A stretch of DNA of 64,000 nucleotides, taken from positions 1,856,001-1,920,000 of the forward strand of contig CAWDXG010000001.1 of assembly GCA_963806225.1 (NCBI GenBank), read 5' to 3'. Source of the DNA: an uncultured delta proteobacterium (GTDB lineage Bacteria; Myxococcota_A; Polyangia; Polyangiales; Polyangiaceae). Below the pieces are notes generated by a model that worked only from the letters and a program-made list of their open reading frames with translations, had not been told where the DNA came from and did not search any database. Shown one piece after another: positions 19,614 through 29,416 of the stretch; the first letter of the stretch is position 1; every line of letters begins with the position of its first letter. The position numbers and the translations under genes were made by a program.

Positions 19614-20531
19614 ATGGGAACAGACTCGAGCGAAAACTCCCAGCGCACGGCGCAGGTGATCTCCGAAGCCCTGAACGTCGTGGGGTTGGTTGCCGCACCG
19701 GAGCTGTACGCGCAGTGGACGTCGGAACAAGGGGCTGACCCTGTACGGGCGCACGTGCTGGCGATGCTGTCGCGGTTCGTCGAGGCGATCGAAGTGCTCC
19801 GGCGCAGCGCATCGAGCGAGAGCGCGACGCTGTTCAAGGTGGAACCGACGGTCAAGGAACTGCAACAGCTCGTTGAAGGCTGGCAGGGGGACGTGTCGCG
19901 ACCCACGCCGGCCATCGTGGACTGCGCCCGGCGCTGCCTCCGCCCGATCGGTTTTCCTGTTCCGGGTGCGGATGCGGCGGATGCGGCGCCCCCGTCGCCG
20001 GAGCCTCCCGCGGAGCCGAAGGCGCGAGCCGAGCCGGTCGAGCGGAAGCCCGCTCCCGAGGTCCCCGGTGCGGAGGACCAGATGGCCGAGGTCCGCCGCG
20101 TGATGGACCGCCTGGTGAAGCACGCGCACGCGCGCCTGGCTTTCGCCATCGATCGCGCGGGCCAGCTGGTGACCGCGAGCGGCGACCTCGAGGAGGAGGA
20201 CGTCGACTCGACGTCGCTGGCCTCGCTCACGGCGGGCAACGTCGCGACCACCGACGGGATCGCCAAGCTGCTGGCTTCGGGCGAATTCACCTCCCAGTTC
20301 CACGAGGGGGAGGACACGCACGTGCACATCCGTCTGGTGGGCAAGCGCGTGATCCTGGTCGTGATCTTCGATTCGAAGTCGAGCCTGGGCCTGGTGCGAC
20401 TCCGTGCGCGCGAAGCGGGGGACGCGTTGAGCAGCCTGTTCGATGCTCTGCTGGATCGGACGCATCAGTCCAGTGGGGATGTGCTCGACGAGCTGACGGA
20501 CGGCGATCTCGAGGAGCTGTTCAGTCGCTAG
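19614..20531 (+). CDS. mglB: MglB (Roadblock/LC7) homologue with an N-terminal unknown domain and Pro-rich linker
   Basis: C-terminal DSTSLASLTAGNVA...SQFHEG...RVILVVIFDSKSSLGLVRLR...ELTDGDLEELFS closely resembles M. xanthus MglB; start codon uncertain. Confidence 0.8.
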   Translation: MGTDSSENSQRTAQVISEALNVVGLVAAPELYAQWTSEQGADPVRAHVLAMLSRFVEAIEVLRRSASSESATLFKVEPTVKELQQLVEGWQGDVSRPTPAIVDCARRCLRPIGFPVPGADAADAAPPSPEPPAEPKARAEPVERKPAPEVPGAEDQMAEVRRVMDRLVKHAHARLAFAIDRAGQLVTASGDLEEEDVDSTSLASLTAGNVATTDGIAKLLASGEFTSQFHEGEDTHVHIRLVGKRVILVVIFDSKSSLGLVRLRAREAGDALSSLFDALLDRTHQSSGDVLDELTDGDLEELFSR

Positions 20532-20550
20532 AACGCCGGGGGCCGGGGTG

Positions 20551-21000
20551 ATGCGCTGTACGCCCTGCGTGCTGGTCGCCGCGGCCTTGCTGGGTGCCTG
20601 CGGAGCAAGGAAGACGCCGGCCGCCGCTCCTCAGGTGAGCGCGGTGATCCGGATCCCCGAGGCGACCCCTGGCCAGCTGCACGATTTCGACTCGGACAAG
20701 AGCGCGCCGCCCGCCGCGGACGTGAAGACCAAGCCCGCGGCAACCGGCAGCAAAGAAGCCCCACGCCCGATCGATCGGAATGATTCTACACGCCAGGTCT
20801 GGCAGGGCTCGGCAGCCACGGGCGGGCCGGACTGCGACTCGGCCGCGCTCTGCTGCGAGCAGGTCATGCAGAAGAACGGATCGAGTCCCTCCTCGCTCAA
20901 GGTGTGCGATTCGATCCGCACCGCGCCGACCGCGAGCTGCCGGCAGCTGCTCGATTCCTTCCGTCGCGCCTTCGGCAAGCTCGGCGTCAACTGTCCTTGA
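20551..21000 (+). CDS. Cys-rich lipoprotein, unknown function
   Basis: Signal peptide with lipobox LLGAC; CDSAALCC..C..C pattern. Confidence 0.65.
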   Translation: MRCTPCVLVAAALLGACGARKTPAAAPQVSAVIRIPEATPGQLHDFDSDKSAPPAADVKTKPAATGSKEAPRPIDRNDSTRQVWQGSAATGGPDCDSAALCCEQVMQKNGSSPSSLKVCDSIRTAPTASCRQLLDSFRRAFGKLGVNCP

Positions 21001-21974
21001 GCTCGCGATCGAGGAGCTCGAGCGAGAGCTCGCTGGCAGTGGCGAGCTCGGTCTGGCTGCCGTCGTAGACTCCGCGGTAGCCGCGCGGTAGGCAGCTGGC
21101 GATGCGGAAGCCGACCACATCCATCGCCAGCGACGGTCGCCGCCTGCAGCAGTGGAGCAGCGACGCGGCGGTGAAGGGCTGCCCCACGCGCGCGTGGATC
21201 CGCGTCCGGTAGAGGAACTCGGCGTTTGCGATCGGGGTGAGCCGCTCGCTGCCGGCGAGCCCGAACGGCACCACGAGCAGCTCGGGTCGTTTCAGGTAGC
21301 GGGCCACGCCGCTCGAGGGCGCGCTGCATCGTGCCGCTGCGACTTCGAGTGCCCTCCACGAAGATCAGGAGCGCATCGCCGGCGTCCAGCCGTTCGTGCG
21401 CCGCCGCAAGCGAGCGGGCCGCAAGCCGTGCCACTTCGCGCGCGGACATTCGTGCGGCGCCGGAAGCGCGGCTGATGCTCTGCGGTGTCTTGACCGTGCC
21501 GAAGCAGAGCGTGGCAACCCGCCGCACCGGGTCGCTGAACACCTTGGGACCCACGATCACGCACAGGCGTCTGGCGAGCTGTTCGTGACCGGAACGCGCC
21601 AGCAGGTGGGCGAGCACGTTCGCATCCACGAACGACAGGTGGTTGCCCACGAACACCACGGGCCGATCGCCCACCTGGTCGAGCACCGTCGCGTTCTCGA
21701 GCTCTGGAACCCCGTCGAGCCGGTCGGTGAGCACGAGCGCCGAGAGGCGCTCGGCGAGCGGGTGGGGCGGTTCGTAGCCCCACTTCCCTCCCGTTTCGGC
21801 CAGCTGGCGGAAGAACCCGTGCACCTGTTCAGGCGGAGCCGTGCGGAACAGCGCGACGAGCTGCGCCTCGAGCCGCGTCGTGCCTTCGGGGTCGCCGCCG
21901 CCGAGCATGTGGGCGATGGCGCGCGCCAGCTCCGCCGGGTCGGCGAAGGTCGGGTCGGGTGCCGAGCTGATCAC
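20987..21974 (-). CDS. Lysophospholipid/glycerol acyltransferase (PlsC-like), frameshift near 21310
   Basis: NHLSFVD (HX4D) and IFVEGTRSR motifs in ORF 20631..21974; C-terminus continues in ORF 20987..21307. Confidence 0.85.
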
Positions 21975-22047
21975 GGGGGAAACGTACTCCGGATCCCGAA
22001 AGAACGCTTCCGGTGCCTCGCGGGCGCCGCCGGCCGGGCTGCGCCGC

Positions 22048-23830
22048 TCACAACAGGTCGGCGAGCAGGCTGGGCTTGAAGCGTGGCACGACGCGGCTCG
22101 CGCCGAGTGGAGGCGACGAGAAGCGCGCGTAGCGCGCGGCCGTTCCAGGCGATGATACGGAGCCTGTCAAGCGGCTGTACCGAACGGAAATCGATGGCCG
22201 TCGGTTCGCCGCGGGGCGTTGCCTGCGACGACGACGATCTGCGCGCCGGTGAGCTGCAGACCCTGGCCGGCGCGCATGGGCTCGCTGGCGCTTCTGTACA
22301 CGCGGTCGAACGGGCCCTGCAGGAAACCGTGCGGCGCGCGGACGCTGAGCGTGTGCGCGCCCATGCGCGTCACGGTGATGGGCCCGAAACCTCCGTAGAG
22401 CACGCGCGTGTGGAGCGCCACCGGTTCGCGCCGGGCCGTGCGCGTCGAGACAAGCAGCGTGCCGAAGTAGTAGTCGGGCGCATTGAGCACCACGACATCC
22501 TCGGCGGGTGAGCGCAGGCCGTCGTAGGCCGCAAGGCGCGCCTGGTCGAGCACGGCTTCGTAGGGGTGGAGCAGCAGCACGCGCACGGGCAGGAACACGG
22601 GGGCGAGCAGCACGTGCATCAGGAGCAGCTCCCCGCCGAGCAGGAGCAGCGGGACGCGCCAGCGGCGGCCACCGGGCAGGGCGGGCGAGCGAGACACCCA
22701 CGCGCCGAGCAGCTGTGCGATCAGCGCGAACGCGCCGACGCCCGGCAGTATCAGCAGGCGATCCGAGGTGCTGGTCGCGCACGCCGGCAACATGGAAAGC
22801 AGCATGCCGAGCGCCCAGAAGCGCGCGTGCGCGTCGCGGCGCAGCAGCGGTACGACGGCGGCGACAAACAGCAGGAGAAAGGCGGCGCCGAGTGCGATCC
22901 CCCAGGCGTGCCCGAGCGCCAGATACCAGAGCGAAGACGTGGGGCCGGCCAGCAGCCCGAGTGCCAACCCGGAAAAGCGTTGCGGCAACGCGTTCAGGAA
23001 CGCGAGCGGTTGGGTGAGGGGGTCGAAATACACGCCGGATCCATGCGCCCCGTAGCCGGCAAGCTTGTACAGCGTGGCCCAGACGACCACTACGGCCAGC
23101 CACGGCAGGCTGGCCACAAGCCGCCGGTGCGACGCGTGCGCGGTCGAGCGAGACCGCGTACGCGACGAAGTATCCAGCGATACCGACGGTCAGCTCGTTG
23201 CTGCCAAGCCCCAACGCGAGGCACAGCGGTGCGAGCAGCGCCCCGGGCCAGAATCCACGGCGTCGCCAGGCGTCGTACGCGAGGAGCGCCGAGAGCGCGA
23301 AGACCGCGCCTATCAGCGCGTTGCGATTGGCGATCCAGCTTACGTCGAGGCTGTGGCTGTCGGCCACCGCGAACATCAGCGTTGCCAGACCAGCGACCCA
23401 CGGTGGTGCGAGCAGACGGCGGTAGAGCAGAGCGCAGACGAACACCATCGCTGCCAGCCACAGGATGCTGTGCAGATGCATCAGCCAGGGATGCGCCGGC
23501 CACAACGCCCAATCGATCTGGTGCGCGAGCGAGGCGATGGGTCGCCAGAACGCGATATCAGGTGCGGGCTGGCGATCCACGGCAGCTCGCCCCGGTCCTT
23601 GGCGAGATAGTTCGCCCACAGCGGCGTGTGCGGCGAGCCGAACAGGTTCGAAAACCACGGCAGGGCGCGCGCGGCGTTGCCCTGGGCGTAGTCCTCGGTC
23701 TGCAGACCGCCCCACAGCGCAGGGGAGCATAGCGCGATCGCTGTTGCCGCGGCGATCCAGGGGAGCCGTCGCGAGCGGAGCCAGCCTGGATGCGTTCGCG
23801 GCGCTGCGATGACGTGGAAGGACTGTGCGG
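22048..23830 (-). CDS. Polytopic membrane protein, possibly GT-C-like glycosyltransferase; several frameshifts; start approximate
   Basis: Fragments LPWIAAATAIALCSPALW..LQTEDY; FWRPIASL...HLHSILW...VSWIANRNAL; SDRLLILP; many TM segments. Confidence 0.55.
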
Positions 23831-23888
23831 CAAACTCCGCCGAGCGTAGTGGTCGGCCGCGCGCCGCGGCGAGGGAATCTTCCCGACC

Positions 23889-25031
23889 TCAGCCGGGGGC
23901 GGAGGCTTTGCCCGCGGCCGGCGGGGCGCGGTCGGCACACTGCGCGCCCGCCACGTCGTACAGTGCGGCCTCCAGCGAGGACAGCGGTTGCTCGCCGACC
24001 AACCGGCTGCTCTCCTGGTTCGTCTCGTCGAGCAGCATGAAGGTCGGCACCACGTGCACCTTGAAGCGCCGCGCCAGCGCAGCGCCATTCGAAGTATCCA
24101 CGTTGATCTGCAGGACGCCGCCGGGGTGGAGGCGGCAGCGCTGCTCCGCCTCGTGGACGAGCGGCCGCATGTGCTTGCAGACCGTGCAGTGTCCGCTCAT
24201 GAACTCGACCATGCGCGGTCCGTCGGCAGCGGCCAGCTCGCCCCGGCCCGCCGCCTTGGCGAGGTTCAACTGGCAGGCGCCCGATCTCTCGCAGCTTGCC
24301 CCCGGCTGCGACGCGACGCTGGCTTGCGCGGTGTCGGGCCCGGCGCTGGGCACGACCCAGCCGAGATGGTTCGTCATCAGCAGCGCTCCGACCGCGACCA
24401 GCAGCGCGCCGGTGACCCGTTGTGCGACCGGCGCAAAGGAGCGGATCGGCTTGAGCCACGCGAGAGCGCGCGGTGCGGACTGCGCCGCCAGCAGCAGCGG
24501 CAGTGACAGACCGGCGGCGAACGCGAGTAGCTGCGCACCTCCCCACAGCGCGCTGGCCGACGAGCCCGCGGTGTAGGTCAGTACCGCGCCCAGCACGGGG
24601 CCGACACACGGAGTCCAGCCCAGACCGAATGCGGCGCCGAAGACGACGCCGCCGCGGAAGCCGCCGAGCGCCGGCACGCGGTTGAGCAGGGGACGGGCTT
24701 CCCTGTCGAGGAAGGGGATGCGCAGCACGCCGAGCAGCTTCAGGCCGAACAGCGCTACGAAACCGCCACCGACCAGCAGCAGCACATCGCGCTCCTGGGA
24801 CAGGAAGCCGCCGACGAGCGAGGCGACCATGCCGAGTGCGACGAACACGATCGACAGGCCGAGCACAAAGCCGAGCGCGGCGGTTCTGAGGGAGCGGGCC
24901 TTCTGCTCGGGCGTGGTGGCTTCGGCCGCGCTTCCAGCGAGCAGCGACAGGTAGATCGGGACCAGCGGCAGGATGCAGGGGGAGACGAACGCGAGAAGCC
25001 CGGCCGCGAAGGCGGCCATCAGGGGGAGCAT
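23889..25031 (-). CDS. ccdA: Cytochrome c biogenesis CcdA/DsbD-beta fused to a thioredoxin domain (DipZ-like)
   Basis: SPCILPLVP and GWTPCVGPVL motifs; C-terminal HCTVCKHM...VPTF thioredoxin fold. Confidence 0.88.
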   Translation of the reverse strand: MLPLMAAFAAGLLAFVSPCILPLVPIYLSLLAGSAAEATTPEQKARSLRTAALGFVLGLSIVFVALGMVASLVGGFLSQERDVLLLVGGGFVALFGLKLLGVLRIPFLDREARPLLNRVPALGGFRGGVVFGAAFGLGWTPCVGPVLGAVLTYTAGSSASALWGGAQLLAFAAGLSLPLLLAAQSAPRALAWLKPIRSFAPVAQRVTGALLVAVGALLMTNHLGWVVPSAGPDTAQASVASQPGASCERSGACQLNLAKAAGRGELAAADGPRMVEFMSGHCTVCKHMRPLVHEAEQRCRLHPGGVLQINVDTSNGAALARRFKVHVVPTFMLLDETNQESSRLVGEQPLSSLEAALYDVAGAQCADRAPPAAGKASAPG

Positions 25032-25096
25032 CGAAAGCCGGTACGAACGCGCCGCTTGCCGGGTTTCCCGGACACGATTTTACGCGGTTTTCCTGC

Positions 25097-26323
25097 TCAG
25101 CCGTGCGAATCCGCCAGGGTGCCCGGGCGGGCCCGCCCGCCGCCGTTGTGGCTTTCCAGCTCCAGCCAGCGGGCGATGTCCTGGCGGCGGACCAGCCCGA
25201 CCATCCGACCGTCCTCCATCACCAGCATATCGTCGACATCGAGGCGGCCCAGCGTCTGCAGCGCGTCGAAGGCGTTGTCGTCCGGCGCCGCCTGGGGCAG
25301 GTCGGCGAGCGCGTGCATGATCCGGCTGACAGGCGTCATCGGCCACTGCTGTCGCGGCACGCCCTGCACATCCGCGGCGCGGACCACGCCGACCGTGCCC
25401 AGGCTGGGATTGCCCACCAGGAACAGCGCCCGACCGGTCGCGAGCAGGTAGTCATCGACCAGTGTGCTCACCGGACTCTCGGGGTCGATCGTGGGCGGCA
25501 GCTCGCTGCGCATCAAGCGCCGCACCGGCACATCCTGCAGCAGCCCGCGGATGAGGACCTGCCGGTAGCTGGCCACCGCGGCTGTGTTCAGGAACCAACC
25601 GATGAACGCGAACCACAGACCCTGGACGAGCCCACTGCCGAACACCGGCACCTGCACGCCGAACGCCATCGCCACGCCCGTCATGATGAGCAGCCAGGCG
25701 AACGCCTGCCCGGCGCGCGACGCCCAGCGCGTAGCGGTCTGCAGATCCCGCGTGAGCGCCCATACGAGCGCGCGAAAGACACGGCCACCGTCGAGCGGGA
25801 ACGCGGGGATGAGGTTGAACACGCCGACCAGGATGTTGATCGGACCCAGCCATGCGAGGAGCGTGGCGACAGGTCCCAGATGTTCCAGCGCAGCCAGCGG
25901 GTTGTCCGCGGCTCCGGCAGGGACGGTCGAGAAAAGGCGCAACAGGATGATGAATCCGATCCCCAGGGCAATGCTGGTCAGCGGACCCACGCCGGCCATC
26001 AACGCTTCTTCCTTCGGTGAGTCGGGGTCGTGCTCGATGTTCGCGATGCCGCCGAAGAGGAACAGCGTGATGCTCCGGACCGGCACGTCGTAGACCTTCG
26101 CCACCAGCGCGTGCGACAGCTCGTGCACCAGCACCGAGGCGAAGAACAGCACGGCGGCGGCAATCGCGACTCCCCACGACAGGAATGGGCTCCAGCCGGG
26201 GTGCCAGGCCGGGAACACCCCCGCGCCCAGGTTGAACGTGACGAGCAGGAAGATGAGGATCAGGCTCCAGTCGAGCGTGATCCTGATACCGAAAATCCGA
26301 CCGATATTGATTCCATGCGACAT
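25097..26323 (-). CDS. Site-2 protease (peptidase M50) with CBS domains
   Basis: HELSH and NLIPAFPLDGGR motifs; C-terminal CBS pair. Confidence 0.93.
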   Translation of the reverse strand: MSHGINIGRIFGIRITLDWSLILIFLLVTFNLGAGVFPAWHPGWSPFLSWGVAIAAAVLFFASVLVHELSHALVAKVYDVPVRSITLFLFGGIANIEHDPDSPKEEALMAGVGPLTSIALGIGFIILLRLFSTVPAGAADNPLAALEHLGPVATLLAWLGPINILVGVFNLIPAFPLDGGRVFRALVWALTRDLQTATRWASRAGQAFAWLLIMTGVAMAFGVQVPVFGSGLVQGLWFAFIGWFLNTAAVASYRQVLIRGLLQDVPVRRLMRSELPPTIDPESPVSTLVDDYLLATGRALFLVGNPSLGTVGVVRAADVQGVPRQQWPMTPVSRIMHALADLPQAAPDDNAFDALQTLGRLDVDDMLVMEDGRMVGLVRRQDIARWLELESHNGGGRARPGTLADSHG

Positions 26324-26347
26324 TCGATGAGCTCCGGTAGGCGAGCT

Positions 26348-26363
26348 TGCATTCATCATGCCG
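26348..26363 (-). promoter_or_regulatory. Putative sigma54 promoter of the M50 protease gene
   Basis: Minus strand CGGCATG-ATGA-ATGCA with correct GG/GC spacing, about 25 nt upstream of ATG 26323. Confidence 0.35.
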
Positions 26364-26428
26364 GCCTGGATCGCCGCCTCGAACGCGCGCGTCGCGGTCC
26401 GCGGAGCTTCTGGGCGAGGCGTTTCGCC

Positions 26429-27163
26429 TCAGTCGGCCACGCGCAGGTCGAGCTCGGCGAACAAAGGCCTGTGATCGGACGCCTGCCGAGCGACCGCGCT
26501 GCGCGGCACCATGCAATGACGCGCGCGCACGTCGCCGCGGATGAACAGGCCGTCCAGCGGCCGCACGGGCAGCCATGCGGGAAACGTGTTGGCTAGCCTG
26601 CCGGCACGCGAAAACCCTGCGGGCTCGAGGAAGTTTGGTCCGAGCGTTCCCCACACGTCGTTCAGGTCGCCGCCGAGAACAATCGGGGTGCGATGGTGCA
26701 GTCCCTTGAACGGCTCGCTCTCCAGAAAGCGTTCGAGCTGCCGACCGCGCTCCGAACCCGCAAGGCCGAGATGCAGGTTGTGGAAGATGACGGTGCGCGA
26801 GTGGCGTCCGAAGCGCACGCGCGAGCGCGCCTGTAGAGCGCCGCGCTTCTTGCGCGTTCCGACCGTGAGATCGACGTGGTGCACCTCGGTCAACGGCCAG
26901 CGGCTGAGAATGGCATTGCCGTAGCCCCCGACGGCGAAGCGATGCTGGGGACCGTAGGCGCGGTGGCGCATCTCGAGCGCATCGGCCAGGAGCTCGGCCT
27001 GGTCGTGGAAGCGGGAACGGGGCATGTCCTCGCTCACCTCCTGCAGCAGGGCGACGTCGGGAGCGTGGGCCTTCAGCGCGTCCACGACACGCTCGATGCG
27101 ATAGCGCCGATCCACGCCACCGATGCCCTTGTGGATGTTCCAGGTGACGACGCGCAGCAGCAT
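26429..27163 (-). CDS. Endonuclease/exonuclease/phosphatase family hydrolase (YbhP-like)
   Basis: TWNIHKG, LLQEV, GNAILSRWP, GGDLND, SDHRPL. Confidence 0.92.
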   Translation of the reverse strand: MLLRVVTWNIHKGIGGVDRRYRIERVVDALKAHAPDVALLQEVSEDMPRSRFHDQAELLADALEMRHRAYGPQHRFAVGGYGNAILSRWPLTEVHHVDLTVGTRKKRGALQARSRVRFGRHSRTVIFHNLHLGLAGSERGRQLERFLESEPFKGLHHRTPIVLGGDLNDVWGTLGPNFLEPAGFSRAGRLANTFPAWLPVRPLDGLFIRGDVRARHCMVPRSAVARQASDHRPLFAELDLRVAD

Positions 27164-27325
27164 GGTCGCAGGGGGAGGGGATGGGAGGGGGCGGAGCAGA
27201 GGAGGGGCGGAGCGGAGGACGGGCAGCGGAGGACGAGGCTGGCGGCTCGGCTGCCAGAGTGTAGTATCGTACGCTAACCAGCCCGGCCCGTGCTGCACGG
27301 GTCCGGCCCGCACTTCTGGATTCGG

Positions 27326-28573
27326 ATGAGTGAGTCACCCCCGCCGGACCTCGTGGGGACGATCGTTGCGGAGCGCTACCGCGTAGAGCGGCTGATTGGC
27401 CAGGGAGGCATGGGCTCGGTCTGGGCCGGTCGCCATCTGACGCTCGGAAAGTTGGTGGCGATCAAGTTCATCCATCCGAAGCTCGCGGGCAGCCAGGAGG
27501 CGCTGCGCCGGTTCGACCTCGAGGCCAAGGCCGCGGCCCGGATCAAGAGCCGCCACGCGGTGGCCGTGTTCGATCACGGCGTCACGACGCACGGACAGCC
27601 GTACATCGTGATGGAATACCTGGAAGGACGCTCGCTCGAACAGCTCATCCGCGAGCGCGGCGCGCTCGCCCTGGCCGAGACCTCGAGCATCGTAACGCAA
27701 GCAGCCCGGGCCCTGGCCGTGGCGCACGGGGCCAAGGTCGTGCACCGCGACCTCAAGCCCGACAACATCTTTCTCGCCGACGATCACGAGGCGGGCGAGC
27801 TCGGCTACACGGTCAAGCTCGTCGATTTCGGCATCGCCAAGATCGTGCAGGATGATGCCGCGAGCGGCGCTGCGGCCACCCAGGCCGGAGCCGTTCTCGG
27901 GACCCCCCACTACATGAGTCCTGAAGCGCTTACCGCCTCGGCGCCCGTGAGCTCGCGCTCCGACGTGTGGTCGCTCGGGGCCTGCGCGTTCGCCGCCCTG
28001 TGCGGCAGGGTGCCGTTCGAGGGCGATGCGATCGGCGATGTGGTGCTGAAGGTGTGCGCGGCGCCGATGCCGGTGCCGACGAAGGTCAATCCCCACGTAC
28101 CGCGCGGTTTTGACGCCTGGTTCGCCAAGGCCTGTTCGCGCAACCCGGAGGCGCGATTCGGGTCCGTGACGGAGATGGCCGAGGCTCTGGCAGAGCTGGA
28201 TCGCTGGGCGCAGGCACAGAAGGAACAGGACGCGTACGAGCTGCGTCCGGCGCAGCCGAGTGCGCTCGAGCTCGACATCCCCGAACCGAGGGGAGGCCGG
28301 TCGCTCCTGATCGGCGGCGTGCTGGCCGGCGTTGCCGTCACCATCGGAGCGCTCGGCTACTTCGTGTATCTGCGTACCGAGGCGGCCAACCAGGCCATCT
28401 CGCGCACGTCGGCTAGCGCTGCGGCCGTCATCGATGCCGAAAACGACCGGAAGATGAAGGAGGCCGAACGCGCCTTCTGGGCCGGGGTCAACGATGGCGG
28501 AGCCGATGCCGCGCCGGCGCGGGACGCCGGCGCGGGGCGACCGCGCCGGCCGGGCCGGAGCCGCCCGCACTGA
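27326..28573 (+). CDS. Hanks-type Ser/Thr protein kinase with C-terminal TM
   Basis: GQGGMG, VAIK, HRDLKPDN, DFG, GTPHYMSPE, DVWSLG; TM LLIGGVLAGVAVTIGALGYFVYL. Confidence 0.95.
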   Translation: MSESPPPDLVGTIVAERYRVERLIGQGGMGSVWAGRHLTLGKLVAIKFIHPKLAGSQEALRRFDLEAKAAARIKSRHAVAVFDHGVTTHGQPYIVMEYLEGRSLEQLIRERGALALAETSSIVTQAARALAVAHGAKVVHRDLKPDNIFLADDHEAGELGYTVKLVDFGIAKIVQDDAASGAAATQAGAVLGTPHYMSPEALTASAPVSSRSDVWSLGACAFAALCGRVPFEGDAIGDVVLKVCAAPMPVPTKVNPHVPRGFDAWFAKACSRNPEARFGSVTEMAEALAELDRWAQAQKEQDAYELRPAQPSALELDIPEPRGGRSLLIGGVLAGVAVTIGALGYFVYLRTEAANQAISRTSASAAAVIDAENDRKMKEAERAFWAGVNDGGADAAPARDAGAGRPRRPGRSRPH

Positions 28574-28646
28574 TTTCTGCCGGGGCGAGGGTCGCCCCCG
28601 GGGTTGCAGGGTGTTATAGGTCCGCCCTGCGACGGAGGGAGCAGCG

Positions 28647-29204
28647 ATGATCGAAGAGGTACTCACCGAGCTCCAGGAGGCCTCCGGGAAGGCCCAGGAA
28701 GCGCTGAAACGCGAGCTCTCCAGGCTGCGGACGGGTCGGGCCCACTCAGGCATGCTCGACAGTCTGCGGGTCGACTACTACGGGCAGTCGACGCCGATCT
28801 CCCAGATGGCGACCGTCAGCGTGCCGGAACCCCGCTTGCTGGCGGTAAAGCCCTGGGACAAGGGCCAGGTCAAGGCCATCGAAAAGGCCATCATGGAGAG
28901 CGATCTGGGGTTGAATCCCCAGGTGGACGGGGAGTTGATCCGGATCCCCGTTCCTGCGCTGAGCGAGGAGCGGCGCAAGGATCTCGTCAAGCTCGCCCGC
29001 AAGCACGGGGAGGAATGCAAGGTGAGCATCCGCAAGGCCCGCCACGAAGCGCTCGACATGCTCAGCGAGATGAAGCAGGGCGGCGACGCCAGCGAAGACG
29101 AGGTGGATCGGGCGAAAAAGCGGGCCGAGGAGATCGTGTCCGAGGCGGGCCACAGCGTGGATCACATCATCCAGTCGAAGGAAAAGGAGATCCTCACGGT
29201 CTAG
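28647..29204 (+). CDS. frr: Ribosome recycling factor
   Basis: 185 aa; LRTGRA, VDYYG, DLGLNP, PALSEERRKDLVK, KEKEIL. Confidence 0.98.
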   Translation: MIEEVLTELQEASGKAQEALKRELSRLRTGRAHSGMLDSLRVDYYGQSTPISQMATVSVPEPRLLAVKPWDKGQVKAIEKAIMESDLGLNPQVDGELIRIPVPALSEERRKDLVKLARKHGEECKVSIRKARHEALDMLSEMKQGGDASEDEVDRAKKRAEEIVSEAGHSVDHIIQSKEKEILTV

Positions 29205-29416
29205 TCGGGCCCCCGTTCCGGGGGCCTTGCATCCAGCTGGGGAGCGCTTTTCCGCCGCGTAGCGCGGCCTCCTGGGCATCCGCGGGTTCCTGTCCGCGGT
29301 CCGCCCTCGGCCGCCGTTCTTGACAAGCTTCCGCCCCCCGTGAAATTTCTCCTACAGGTGTCTCCGACCCTGCCTGCGGGGCGTCCAGGGGATGGCCCAG
29401 AAGGAACGGCTTCCGA

